Shown: positions 47,702-57,102 of the stretch, in pieces
Layout: every line of letters begins with the position of its first letter
Position numbering within the stretch: the first letter of the stretch is position 1
Program-made: the position numbers and the translations under genes
DNA from: a virus
Reading direction: 5' to 3' (one strand)
IMG/VR virus record: IMGVR_UViG_3300043409_000785
Span: 9,647 to 73,646 of that record
Length of the DNA: 64,000 nucleotides
Notes under the pieces: generated by a model
What the model was told of the DNA's origin: nothing
What the model saw: the letters and a program-made list of their open reading frames with translations, nothing else
The model's database searches: none

Positions 47702-49165
47702 TTAGATGGGGGCAACTGTTTTGACAACTGCAATGCGCTCGGGGCGTTTGATGAGCACCCCGTAGTACCACTTGATAGAGCTGAAACCAGTCTCACCGTA
47801 AGGATCGGTTTTGTCAGCCGTTTCCTTGCCAGGCATCTTGGTCATGACCGAGAATTTCACGCTCTTGCCATCAGTTTGGAAACCAATAGTGGTGAAGGAA
47901 TCATCACCGATGACCAGCATAGGGTACACATCGTAGCGTTCAACACCAGCCACCGTGGAGGTGCGGTAACCGGGGTTGTCATCTACTGCAGCACCCGCAC
48001 CAGCCCAGTGTAGCATTTCAGGAACCTGGATGATGTGGAAAGCGTCCACCATACCGATTTCACCGTTCAGTACCGTGCCCGCATCAGCATAATGCTGGAC
48101 AGCGATAAAAGCTTTCTCACCAAACAAGTCCGTCATGGCTTTAACCACTGGCACCAGCTCAGAGCCAATGTACATGATGCGGCCAGCAGGGATGGTCTTG
48201 GTATCCGTCAACCGAGAACCAGTAATCACCGTGGTTTGTTTGGGAGTCCGGTTGTCCGTCAGGGTTTGATCCAGGCGCATAAAGTTGCGGTAGTTCACCA
48301 CAGACGCTGGGATCTCCGGGGATACACCAGCCACAGCTGGAACAACTTCGCCAGTGATCTCACCAGCCACCGTAGCAGCACCCGCAAAAATCACCGTACC
48401 AGCAGCAGCCAGCAGGTCTTTTTGCAGCACAGCTTCTGTCAGCTGGACAGCACCGCTCATCAGCTCACGGCTGAGGTGATCCATCAGCATATCATCCGAG
48501 TCAAAGTCCATGGACTCTTGGTTGAACTCAGTGAAGAAACCAAACTTGTGGATGGAACCTTCTCGCTGGACACGGGTAAAGCCAACACGGTTAACTCGAC
48601 CACCATTCTCGCCAAGGACTGGCAATTTACCCGTGATGGTGCCAATATCTTTGGACGAACCGTACAGGTTACCAGAACCTTGGCGAACAGTAGCATCTGG
48701 GTACTTGGCCACAACAGCAGCAGCTTGTGCTTGAGTAGCAGCACTCAGATCCGTTTTACTGGTAGTCACAGTCCAAGGAGAAGCAGAACCAGACTTCACA
48801 GCCACACCGGCCTGGATGGCATTGATTGCTGCAGCAGCAGCTGTTGCAGTAGCTTCAACAGCAAAAGTCTCAACTTGGTTTGCCAGCGTAACAAAATACT
48901 GAGAAGTCGAGATCGTTGCACCAGCAGCATCAATACCTTGATCGTTGACGTTGCGGTTATCAAGCATCGGGATGTATTCATACACCTTGATGGTCTTGCC
49001 GTAGTTCTTAGGCATGTTTGTGACCGAAGCCAGTGGCATGAAGAACTGCTCTTTACGGGCAGTGATGATAGCCTTCTTCAGATAGAAGAAGGTGTTCATC
49101 TGGTCGGAACCGGCACCGTCGATACTCGACTTTTGGCCATCGGCAGGGGCGTTGTAATTCAGCAT
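47702..49165 (-). CDS. Major capsid protein (N4 gp56-like) with an insertion of about 80 aa
   Basis: [49 protein letters not shown]. Confidence 0.95.
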   Translation of the reverse strand: MLNYNAPADGQKSSIDGAGSDQMNTFFYLKKAIITARKEQFFMPLASVTNMPKNYGKTIKVYEYIPMLDNRNVNDQGIDAAGATISTSQYFVTLANQVETFAVEATATAAAAAINAIQAGVAVKSGSASPWTVTTSKTDLSAATQAQAAAVVAKYPDATVRQGSGNLYGSSKDIGTITGKLPVLGENGGRVNRVGFTRVQREGSIHKFGFFTEFNQESMDFDSDDMLMDHLSRELMSGAVQLTEAVLQKDLLAAAGTVIFAGAATVAGEITGEVVPAVAGVSPEIPASVVNYRNFMRLDQTLTDNRTPKQTTVITGSRLTDTKTIPAGRIMYIGSELVPVVKAMTDLFGEKAFIAVQHYADAGTVLNGEIGMVDAFHIIQVPEMLHWAGAGAAVDDNPGYRTSTVAGVERYDVYPMLVIGDDSFTTIGFQTDGKSVKFSVMTKMPGKETADKTDPYGETGFSSIKWYYGVLIKRPERIAVVKTVAPI

Positions 49166-49177
49166 GAAATTTTCTCT

Positions 49178-50251
49178 TTAAACACGGTTGTTCATGTGCT
49201 TGAGGAATTCATCATCACTCATGGAAAGAGGATTGACGAAAGCCTCAGCTTTACGGGGAGTGCTGCGGGTTGGGGCAGCAGCATTGGCTTTGTCACCATT
49301 GGCCACTTGTGGCTTGGGTACAGCAGCACGGGTAATGACGGGAGTCGGATTGGTTTTTGGAACCAAATCAGCAAAGGCATTTGCCTCCACCATCTTGTCA
49401 CCTACAGCTTTGTAGGCATGCAGAAATGGTGTATTCGGTGCAATAGTTCCCAGAATACGTTGACGTTCCACTTCAGTCGCAATGCGGTCATAGATACCGC
49501 CCTCACGTTGCTGGTGGATCAGTGTCAAGTATTCAGGATTCTTCCACAAGATTTCCTTGCTGGCCTGATCCCAAGTATTGTGAACGGTGTTTAGCGTTGC
49601 TTTGCCTTCTGGATTGGAACTAAGGTCGTCCAGAACATTGCGAAAGCTTGCCTCTTCATCCGTTACCTTGTGATTGCCTTCACGGTAAGTCGGTTCGACA
49701 GTGGTATCAATATCCATTGGATCAATACCAGCATCCTTAATCAGCTTTTTAATAGCCTCAGGGTTCTTCTTTTCCAGATCAATCAGGTAAGAAAGTTTGC
49801 CCTCATCGAGCAAGCCATTGTTTTCCAACATCATCAGCACCTTACGGTGCGGAGCAATATCTTGCATCTTACGGGTGTAGTTAGCACCCTTCTGCATGAG
49901 TTGAACAGCTTCATTGATGTCCCGAAGTTCAATGGTTTTACCATTGGCTTGGAACGGAGTCATCACCTGTTTGTAGAACGCCTCATAATCCACAGCTGCT
50001 GGCTGTTCTGCGGGTTTCTCTTCCGGCTTGGAACCAACAGAAGAAGAATCAATACCTTCCTTCTTTGGTTCGGCCACAGGAGTGGCAGCTTCAATTTGAG
50101 CAGTGGGAGTCTCAGCGACTTCTTCAACAGGTGTAACAACGTCTTCAACTGCAGTCTTATCAACTGGTTCAACAATTTCACCATCTTCGGGGGGAGATTG
50201 CATGTTCATAATGTCTTCATCAGACATTGCCAACAGATCAGCACCGTCCAT
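49178..50251 (-). CDS. N4 gp57-like protein (annotated as tape measure/scaffold)
   Basis: PFQANGK, LMQKGANYT.KM, MSDDEF. Confidence 0.85.
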   Translation of the reverse strand: MDGADLLAMSDEDIMNMQSPPEDGEIVEPVDKTAVEDVVTPVEEVAETPTAQIEAATPVAEPKKEGIDSSSVGSKPEEKPAEQPAAVDYEAFYKQVMTPFQANGKTIELRDINEAVQLMQKGANYTRKMQDIAPHRKVLMMLENNGLLDEGKLSYLIDLEKKNPEAIKKLIKDAGIDPMDIDTTVEPTYREGNHKVTDEEASFRNVLDDLSSNPEGKATLNTVHNTWDQASKEILWKNPEYLTLIHQQREGGIYDRIATEVERQRILGTIAPNTPFLHAYKAVGDKMVEANAFADLVPKTNPTPVITRAAVPKPQVANGDKANAAAPTRSTPRKAEAFVNPLSMSDDEFLKHMNNRV

Positions 50252-50583
50252 TATTCAGCTCCTTCCTGACGAAGTTCTTCAATAGCAACTTCGATCTGGG
50301 GAATCTCATTATTGGCAGTGTTGCCCATTTGAACAACAACAGACAGGAATCGACGGAGATGACCAGCAGCTTGAGCCAAAGCCAGGGCATCAGCACGCTG
50401 TTCAGTAGTCAAAGCTGGATCAGCAGAGGACTGAGCATAACGAGCGCATTCTTCAACACAAAAGTCTTTCAGGATCAGTTGTTTGAATTCACGGTTGTCA
50501 CTCAGCTTGAGTGCCATATCCCGACGAGCTGCCAGTTGTTTGGCAGTTTGCAATTGTTTTTCGAGAGCGAGGACTTCTGACAT
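50251..50583 (-). CDS. N4 gp58-like protein
   Basis: Synteny between portal and gp57. Confidence 0.75.
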   Translation of the reverse strand: MSEVLALEKQLQTAKQLAARRDMALKLSDNREFKQLILKDFCVEECARYAQSSADPALTTEQRADALALAQAAGHLRRFLSVVVQMGNTANNEIPQIEVAIEELRQEGAE

Positions 50584-50630
50584 AGATTGGTCTGTGGGTT
50601 GGGTTGATTAAATTGGAACCAAGAAGAAAA

Positions 50631-52814
50631 TTAGTAACTCATTGGTTGTTCTTGCGAGCTTAGTTTATCACTAAGTTCATTGAAACCAATAGCTGCTGTC
50701 AAATCAGGTTGATATTCGCCTTCTTTACGTGGCTTAGTCAATGCTTTAGTAATCTCTAAGTTCTGATTACCACGAGCTTGTCCACCTTGCTTTTGCAATT
50801 CACGAGCATGCTTGGTGCCAGTTTCTTGTTCAACGTAGTTCAAGTCATTGATGTCTTTCTTGGAACCAGCTTCTTCTGCTTTTGCTTGGTTCAAAGCAAT
50901 CTCAGACTGCACTTTGGCAATCTCTGCTTTCTTCAGTGCTATCTCAAGCTGTGCCAATTCCTGTTGTACTGGATCAGGCTCTGGCTTGTAGGTACGCAAC
51001 TTATGGGCAAGTGCAGGCATTCTTTTGAGAGAAGCAATCTCAGCCAAGATGGTCATGGAAATAGCTGGATCTCCTTTTGGTCCCATAGTCTGAAGCATGA
51101 AAGACAAGTCCTTGGCCTTGGCATCATCCACCTCGGCTGTGGAAATATCCACCTTGAAATCAAAGTTTCCTTTCAAGTCTTCCCGTTTGACAGTGACAAA
51201 CTCATCATTGGTAATCCGTACCGTCTCTTCTTCAGACAGGAAAGCTGCATTCATGGCAGCAATTTTGGTACCAATTTCCTCCATGCCTTTAGCCAAACGA
51301 CGAAGGATAGCCATCTCCCGCTTGGAAGCAGCATCTAACACACCACGAATACCAGCAGCTACATCACCGTAAGCTTCACCAGAAATACCACCCCCAAAAG
51401 ATTTCACCCCAGTCAGTGCTTCTGCTTCTTGGTTCTGAAGGTTCAGCATCATGAAAGCAGACTGAGGCAGCTCTGGATATTTGTGCTCAATCAAACCAGC
51501 AGCAGGTGTAAGGTTGGGATTGAACTCATAATCCTGGCCGTTCTCATAACGACGACGATTCAAGGGGTCCAGCATTCCCTTAGCAAAGCCTTGCTGGCCA
51601 TTGGCAGAACGTCCCAGCAAATCAATCATGCCTCTTGAAACAGCTCCCAGAATCTTTTGGTTGTCTTCCAGCAATTCAGCATCAGGCTCACCGTAAAGCT
51701 CACGTTTAATGGGCAGGTATGGCACCACCACATAAGGAAGCTTTTCATCCGGGAAGGGATTGGTTTCCATGCGGATAATCGTGTCACCAATCCAGGTGAC
51801 CACGATAGGAACCAAAACGCCATCCCCAGCAATATCGTAGAAGCCCCAATACTCATAGGCCACTACCTTCTTGCGAAGAGCATCCTTGAACTGAAAATCA
51901 GTTGGGGTGTTGGTTTCGTGCTCTGGATTGGTAATAGGGCTGTTGCCTTCCCAGTTCACCTTGTCCAGATTTTTGTAGCGGTTAGGTTCCTTGAGTAGTT
52001 CTGCCTTGTTAGTTTCAAAGGACTCCACCACAAATAGAGCTTTGTTCAGATCACCCTGGCAGGAAGGATCAATGAAAACATTGGCGGGATTCTTGACCTC
52101 CACCGTAGGATAATTCTCAATGACCTTTTCTACATCAACTTTCTGCACACCAGACTGCACAGCTATCGTAGCTTGCTGGGACTCCAAGTAATAATCCACT
52201 GCTGCTTTGACTGCAGGATTAACCATTTCGTTGTACTGACGTGGATTACTTTGTTGAAGCTCCAAAGCTTGCTGAAGCATTTGCAGTTGCTGCTCATCTT
52301 GAATTGGGTAATGCTCATAGACTGGCACATCTTCCTTGATAGTGACCGTCACACGCTTCCAGCCAATACGAACAATGCTGGTGCCTTCATCTACTGTAGC
52401 CCTAACAAAGTTGTCAATAAACTTGACCTTGTTCATCTTGGTTCTGAATTGCCAGTTCAACACCAGTTCATTTTGTTTGGCTCCCAGATCATCCTCGTAG
52501 GTGACAGGAGATACTTCAAACAATTTATTGGAACCAAGAAATGGCTCTGTCAACGCGGAGTAGCGCCATTCAGCTTGTCTGCGAATGAGCTTGGGCTGGA
52601 CTGAAGAACGCCCCTTTGCCGCAGGAGGCTTGGCTTTACCACGCACAGCAGTGAGATCATTCCAGCCATTGATGCGGGTGATCTGCAACTGCTGGGCAGG
52701 CTTGGCCACTTCCAAGTCACCCTTGAGGGTTTGTAGAGTTGGCTCATTGGCCCAAGTAGTTAGCTTTTGGGATTGGTTCTCTGCCAGCACGAATTCAATT
52801 GGTGTACTTGGCAT
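50631..52814 (-). CDS. Portal protein (N4 gp59-like)
   Basis: [28 protein letters not shown]. Confidence 0.93.
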   Translation of the reverse strand: MPSTPIEFVLAENQSQKLTTWANEPTLQTLKGDLEVAKPAQQLQITRINGWNDLTAVRGKAKPPAAKGRSSVQPKLIRRQAEWRYSALTEPFLGSNKLFEVSPVTYEDDLGAKQNELVLNWQFRTKMNKVKFIDNFVRATVDEGTSIVRIGWKRVTVTIKEDVPVYEHYPIQDEQQLQMLQQALELQQSNPRQYNEMVNPAVKAAVDYYLESQQATIAVQSGVQKVDVEKVIENYPTVEVKNPANVFIDPSCQGDLNKALFVVESFETNKAELLKEPNRYKNLDKVNWEGNSPITNPEHETNTPTDFQFKDALRKKVVAYEYWGFYDIAGDGVLVPIVVTWIGDTIIRMETNPFPDEKLPYVVVPYLPIKRELYGEPDAELLEDNQKILGAVSRGMIDLLGRSANGQQGFAKGMLDPLNRRRYENGQDYEFNPNLTPAAGLIEHKYPELPQSAFMMLNLQNQEAEALTGVKSFGGGISGEAYGDVAAGIRGVLDAASKREMAILRRLAKGMEEIGTKIAAMNAAFLSEEETVRITNDEFVTVKREDLKGNFDFKVDISTAEVDDAKAKDLSFMLQTMGPKGDPAISMTILAEIASLKRMPALAHKLRTYKPEPDPVQQELAQLEIALKKAEIAKVQSEIALNQAKAEEAGSKKDINDLNYVEQETGTKHARELQKQGGQARGNQNLEITKALTKPRKEGEYQPDLTAAIGFNELSDKLSSQEQPMSY

Positions 52815-52817
52815 GAT

Positions 52818-53051
52818 TTACACCCGGTAAGTCGTAAAGGTGTTGGTGCCAGTACGGATTGTTTTAAATGATGCCGACCCAGAAGTGCCCACCACCATAT
52901 TCCCGACAACTGAGTTTCCAGTTGCAAGGGCTACCGTGGCGGTAAAGCTGGCACTGGTGTTGACAACAGACCAGCTAATGCCTTCACCAGTACCTATCAT
53001 AGCCACCCCGGTATTAAATGCAGTTTCCATAACCGTACCCGTAATATGCAT
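52818..53051 (-). CDS. Short beta-rich ORF, probably an orphan tail-fibre C-terminal domain
   Basis: WSVVNT...VGNMVV...F....T..NTF.TYRV; start uncertain. Confidence 0.45.
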   Translation of the reverse strand: MHITGTVMETAFNTGVAMIGTGEGISWSVVNTSASFTATVALATGNSVVGNMVVGTSGSASFKTIRTGTNTFTTYRV

Positions 53052-53065
53052 ATCAGTCACCACGG

Positions 53066-55387
53066 TTAAATAATTGCAGTCCAGCCGGTAACGGCTTTCC
53101 ACCACACCCTGGAACCTGCAGCCCCGTCCAGCTGGAAGTAAATGGAACCAATTGATGCTGCGGAAACGTAACTTGCCACCCCCGCAGCAGTTGGGGCACC
53201 AGTGCCTGCGGTCTGAATGGCGGTAGTGCCAGCAGGGCCAAGAGCGGTCGAGTGAGCAAACACACGGTTGAATTTGTACGCCGTCTGGGTGCCCAGGTTT
53301 TGCACATCTGGCGTGTTGGGCCGGAAGTGCCCGTCAGTCTGCAGAATCAAGCCCCATGTAGTTGAGGTGGTGCCATTACGTGAGTAAATCTCAGCTTGCC
53401 CCGCTGCGGTGGAAGCGCCAACGCCCATAAGGTTAATGCCCGCACCGTTAGCTAGCCCACCATCACGAGCACGAATCAACAGATTTTCTGTGTCATTAAA
53501 GTTGGCTTCAAGGTAAGCATGCTTGGTATTGTCTGATCCATTACGTGGATCGTACACACGCATACTTGCCCCTGTCAGTTCCACCCGCTTGTAATACTTC
53601 TCAGACTGCTCGGAGTAATCAGCAACCAGCAGGGCTTCTCCTTCAGGAATGCTGACATCAACAGCATTTTGGCGCAGAGCCACAGATGCTCCTGATACCC
53701 GTCTTGTAATTGCCCGGCTGATTGGTTCTTCACCGTCTTCCCCCCACGGCGGGCGCACGGAGTAAACGACCTTTGAGCGACGAGAGATGGTTCCATACTT
53801 GTAGTTTGTGCTGGAGTCCCATGCTCCTTTAGTTGCAGCTTTCGTCGTCTCTACCCAGCTACTGTCAACACGGTCAGGCACTTGTCCGGTGCTGGACGAG
53901 ACGGTGCATGCCCAGTTTTTTCCGGCGTGACTCACAATGTCACTACCGGTTCTCCACCAGTCGTGCAGCAAGATCAGTGCTTCACCATTGCGCAGGGTCA
54001 AACCTTCCGGCTCCAGGTTGTTTGGGTTGCCAAGGGTCAAGTGATTAAGAATCCCCGACTTACCATAAGCTGCCCGTACATCATCAGTAAAGACTTCTCG
54101 AATCAACTGCCCGGTCATGTCAAAAATTTGCAGCAAATGCGAGTGGAGTGGTTGCCCAAGTCCTCGCAGTACGTAAACGCAGCGTCCATCGCTGGCTACA
54201 GCCTGTAGTGGTGTACGTATAGGCCCGCCAGGTTGCAAAGGTGAATACCCGATTGGTTTCACAGTCAGTGGATCGGATGCTGTCTCTACTTCTTTGCGGT
54301 CGTAGATAAACATGTACGGTGCAGTGTCTTCAATAGCTTCAGCGTAGTCATCTGCAACCAGCACAATCAGATTACCGTCCGTAGTCACACACGGGGTTGC
54401 GCTACTGTACGATTGAAACTCATGCGAACTTCCGGTAACTCCAAAGAGCTGGTAGTGGTTCACATTGTCATCCGTGGTGCTTGCACCATTCCAGGTGGTA
54501 CGGCTATAACCCTTCCCGCCGTAATCGCCTTCCATAGTGCCCGCAACAGCTTTATGCTGTGAATACAGAAAGACCGTGCCATCTGACGTGACACGGGCGC
54601 TCAAGCTTTGGTGTCCAATACTAAGTGGTGCGCTCCAGTCCAATGCTGGCGACACAGTACCATCTTCCATCAGTTTGTATCGCACAATCCGAACTCGTTC
54701 ACTGGCATCCATTGGGGTGCCCGCCACAGTCTGTAGCATGAACAAATACTCAGATCCATCCAGGTATTTGGCATACGCCAAACCTTGTGCCGTCGCATCA
54801 GCACCGCTGAAAATTTGAGTATCAACTGTTCCGTTCCAGCCAGCCTGAAGTTCGCACAGCTTCTTTTGAACAATTTCAGGCGAGGACTCCAGCGAGCTGC
54901 CGCGGTCATCGAGCAGCCCGGCCACCAGAGAATCCGCATAGGCTTTGGTTGCCTGCACAGTAGGATAGAGAGTGTCATTCACGACATCGAAGGTTGTTGC
55001 CTTGTTTGCAACAGCTTCCGCCCCCAAAGAACCAAGTGTTTGATCACCAGTATTTGACCCAGACAGGGTGGTAATTCCGAGCTTGGTTCGGATAGATGCA
55101 CCGGACTCATCGCCTGTGTTGACACCTGAATTGGTGCCTGTGATGTCGCTGGTCAAGGCCACTGTGCCATCTTTGTTTGGCATAACCCAAGTACGCACTG
55201 CAGCAGCATTCGTGCTAAAGAATGATGTCAGTGTATCTGCAGCATTTCTGAGATTAAGCTTCAGGCCGGTAAGTCCGGCATATCCACCGGGCACATCTTT
55301 ATCGGCAAGGTTTTGCTTTAAGTCCAAGGCTTCTTTCTGCAAAGTGCTCACGGGTGCATTGGAAGGGTTAGATCGAATGTGGCTCAT
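53066..55387 (-). CDS. Tail fibre/receptor-binding protein with a putative beta-propeller
   Basis: Fibre-like N-terminus (SGVNTGD/SGSNTGD repeats); QGLAY, GHQ, LQAVASDG, EPEGL blade motifs. Confidence 0.7.
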   Translation of the reverse strand: MSHIRSNPSNAPVSTLQKEALDLKQNLADKDVPGGYAGLTGLKLNLRNAADTLTSFFSTNAAAVRTWVMPNKDGTVALTSDITGTNSGVNTGDESGASIRTKLGITTLSGSNTGDQTLGSLGAEAVANKATTFDVVNDTLYPTVQATKAYADSLVAGLLDDRGSSLESSPEIVQKKLCELQAGWNGTVDTQIFSGADATAQGLAYAKYLDGSEYLFMLQTVAGTPMDASERVRIVRYKLMEDGTVSPALDWSAPLSIGHQSLSARVTSDGTVFLYSQHKAVAGTMEGDYGGKGYSRTTWNGASTTDDNVNHYQLFGVTGSSHEFQSYSSATPCVTTDGNLIVLVADDYAEAIEDTAPYMFIYDRKEVETASDPLTVKPIGYSPLQPGGPIRTPLQAVASDGRCVYVLRGLGQPLHSHLLQIFDMTGQLIREVFTDDVRAAYGKSGILNHLTLGNPNNLEPEGLTLRNGEALILLHDWWRTGSDIVSHAGKNWACTVSSSTGQVPDRVDSSWVETTKAATKGAWDSSTNYKYGTISRRSKVVYSVRPPWGEDGEEPISRAITRRVSGASVALRQNAVDVSIPEGEALLVADYSEQSEKYYKRVELTGASMRVYDPRNGSDNTKHAYLEANFNDTENLLIRARDGGLANGAGINLMGVGASTAAGQAEIYSRNGTTSTTWGLILQTDGHFRPNTPDVQNLGTQTAYKFNRVFAHSTALGPAGTTAIQTAGTGAPTAAGVASYVSAASIGSIYFQLDGAAGSRVWWKAVTGWTAII

Positions 55388-55998
55388 TTGCGGGTTTCCC
55401 GTGTAGTGACACTGGCAGTATTGCCTGTAGCGCAGATTGCATACCATGCCACATTGGGGGCAGTGGTTTCAAATCGAGTATCACCCGCCATGAGGGGAGA
55501 ACACGCCTTGCTCCAGGCAATGCCTGCTCCACCTACTGCCACTGGGTCAGGTCCGGCATTGTAGATCTCCAGTTCAATACGGTTGGCATTGGCTGCCACC
55601 AACTGGGTGGCATCATCAGTAACTGCCGCTGCAGTGTTGTCCAATATAGTTGTTGCTTGCCCTGCCAATGCAACAGCAACCGGAGAAGCCCGCAGTTGAA
55701 TATCCGTCAGTGCCGAACTCCCCATCAACTCCAAATTGCTCAAATTGGGAACTGTCGCCAAAGGAGACGATGTGCTTTCGTTGTACCAAAGAGTCGATAC
55801 CAGCGTTGCGTTTTCAGTATCAATGATCTTGGTGGCAGTCACCATGTCGCCCACACCAGCACCTGTAAATGCCGTCTTGGTGTGGTAGGTGATGACAACA
55901 ATATCTTTGCTGCCGGTTCCAGCATTGCTGCCAGCCTTTTCAAGAATATCTTCCAGCACATCAAGCTGGCTTCTTCGGACGTTCACATCAGTGGTCAT
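55384..55998 (-). CDS. Hypothetical, probably tail-associated protein
   Basis: ATGA overlap; LTDIQLRASPV, ANANR..L.IYN. Confidence 0.65.
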   Translation of the reverse strand: MTTDVNVRRSQLDVLEDILEKAGSNAGTGSKDIVVITYHTKTAFTGAGVGDMVTATKIIDTENATLVSTLWYNESTSSPLATVPNLSNLELMGSSALTDIQLRASPVAVALAGQATTILDNTAAAVTDDATQLVAANANRIELEIYNAGPDPVAVGGAGIAWSKACSPLMAGDTRFETTAPNVAWYAICATGNTASVTTRETRK

Positions 55999-56006
55999 GA
56001 TCTTAT

Positions 56007-56168
56007 CTAGCCTTGCGGATTGGAGTTCGGGTTAGGAGAGGGTATTTGTTTTTCTGGTTCCGTGACTTCACGACTGGAATGCACCAGTTCATAAACATCG
56101 TTGGCTTGCATCCACTCATTGAATGGCAAGACTCCCCATCGTTCAAGCGGAGTAAGTAAATTGATCAT
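56007..56168 (-). CDS. Small hypothetical protein
   Basis: ORF between endolysin and tail gene; start uncertain. Confidence 0.4.
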   Translation of the reverse strand: MINLLTPLERWGVLPFNEWMQANDVYELVHSSREVTEPEKQIPSPNPNSNPQG

Positions 56169-56199
56169 GATTGTAGTTTGGAACCAAGGAATAAACAAC

Positions 56200-56751
56200 T
56201 CAAGCCAGTGCTTGTAGAGTTTTGTTATACAGGGCAAGACGATCATTGTAGCCATTCAAGCCACCGTTGATTCGTCTAGTGATGGTTTTGAAATCCAGGT
56301 TATCTGCCAGCTTGTTTAGTCCGTGTACATGCCAAAACCAGGCAGCAGACAAAGCAGCGAATGCTGGTTTCTCAAGGTCTTCTGGGTACAACTCAAAGTC
56401 AGGAACTTCAGTCATGATTTCTCGTAAGCCATCCCTAACTGAGGCGTAGTTAGCTCTACCTGTTATCTGGATTAAGCCCCTACCTAAGTAACGCTTACCA
56501 TCCCCTAGCTCAGTATTACCCAAATCCTTGCGGTATTCATAACGCCTTTGAGATTCAGTTGGTCCCCAGATTTCTTTCACATAAACCAGTCTTCCAGATT
56601 CATGAGCAATTTGAGCCAAGAAAGCAGCTAGTCGTTTGACGGTATCAATTTCATATACCTTGCAGGCGTACTGAAGATGGGGCAACCAATAAGCTGCCCT
56701 CGATAGCGTAGAGTTAAAACTGGACTGAATTTGCTCAACTGAGGGAATCAT
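56200..56751 (-). CDS. Endolysin, glycoside hydrolase family 19
   Basis: FLAQIAHESG, GRGLIQITGRANY, SAAWFW, INGG.NG..DR; start ATG 56751. Confidence 0.92.
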   Translation of the reverse strand: MIPSVEQIQSSFNSTLSRAAYWLPHLQYACKVYEIDTVKRLAAFLAQIAHESGRLVYVKEIWGPTESQRRYEYRKDLGNTELGDGKRYLGRGLIQITGRANYASVRDGLREIMTEVPDFELYPEDLEKPAFAALSAAWFWHVHGLNKLADNLDFKTITRRINGGLNGYNDRLALYNKTLQALA

Positions 56752-56825
56752 TTCAATGCCCAAATCAAAGAGTATAAAGCCCAGCTTGCAAATATTGCAG
56801 ACATGAAAAACCAGACTACTCGCAT
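56748..56825 (-). CDS. 25-aa single-TM miniprotein in the lysis cassette
   Basis: MRVVWFFMSAIFASWALYSLIWALK; ATGA overlap with the endolysin start. Confidence 0.55.
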   Translation of the reverse strand: MRVVWFFMSAIFASWALYSLIWALK

Positions 56826-56827
56826 GA

Positions 56828-57091
56828 TTAGCCCCTAGTCTGGTTGTGGACAACAAAGTTCCACAAAATAGCACCAAAGCCAACCACTGCTGACCAGACC
56901 AGGCCAGCAAGAGTCTTTTCAATAATGGCCTGTCTTACTTCAGCTTTTTGAGCTTCTCGTTTAATGGCCAGTCTTATCCATTGCTTTTCTTCGCCAGTAA
57001 GCTTTCGATCCTCATCGGTACGTTGGGCGTCTTCATGACGAATTGCTTCCACAATAGAGGCGATGAATTGTTGTTTTTCTTCAGGATTCAT
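56828..57091 (-). CDS. Putative holin-like protein with one C-terminal TM segment
   Basis: Upstream of the endolysin; LAGLVWSAVVGFGAILW. Confidence 0.55.
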   Translation of the reverse strand: MNPEEKQQFIASIVEAIRHEDAQRTDEDRKLTGEEKQWIRLAIKREAQKAEVRQAIIEKTLAGLVWSAVVGFGAILWNFVVHNQTRG

Positions 57092-57102
57092 TTTGGAGTT
57101 GT

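Noticed and set aside
48035-49594. Long antisense ORFs (519 aa here; also 3847-4872 and 25211-26347)
   Set aside because: They shadow well-supported genes on the opposite strand and show no protein motifs.
56752-56922. Hydrophobic SAR/signal-like N-terminal extension on the endolysin
   Set aside because: It overlaps the holin-like and miniprotein ORFs; ATG 56751 has an ATGA coupling and gives a typical GH19 length.
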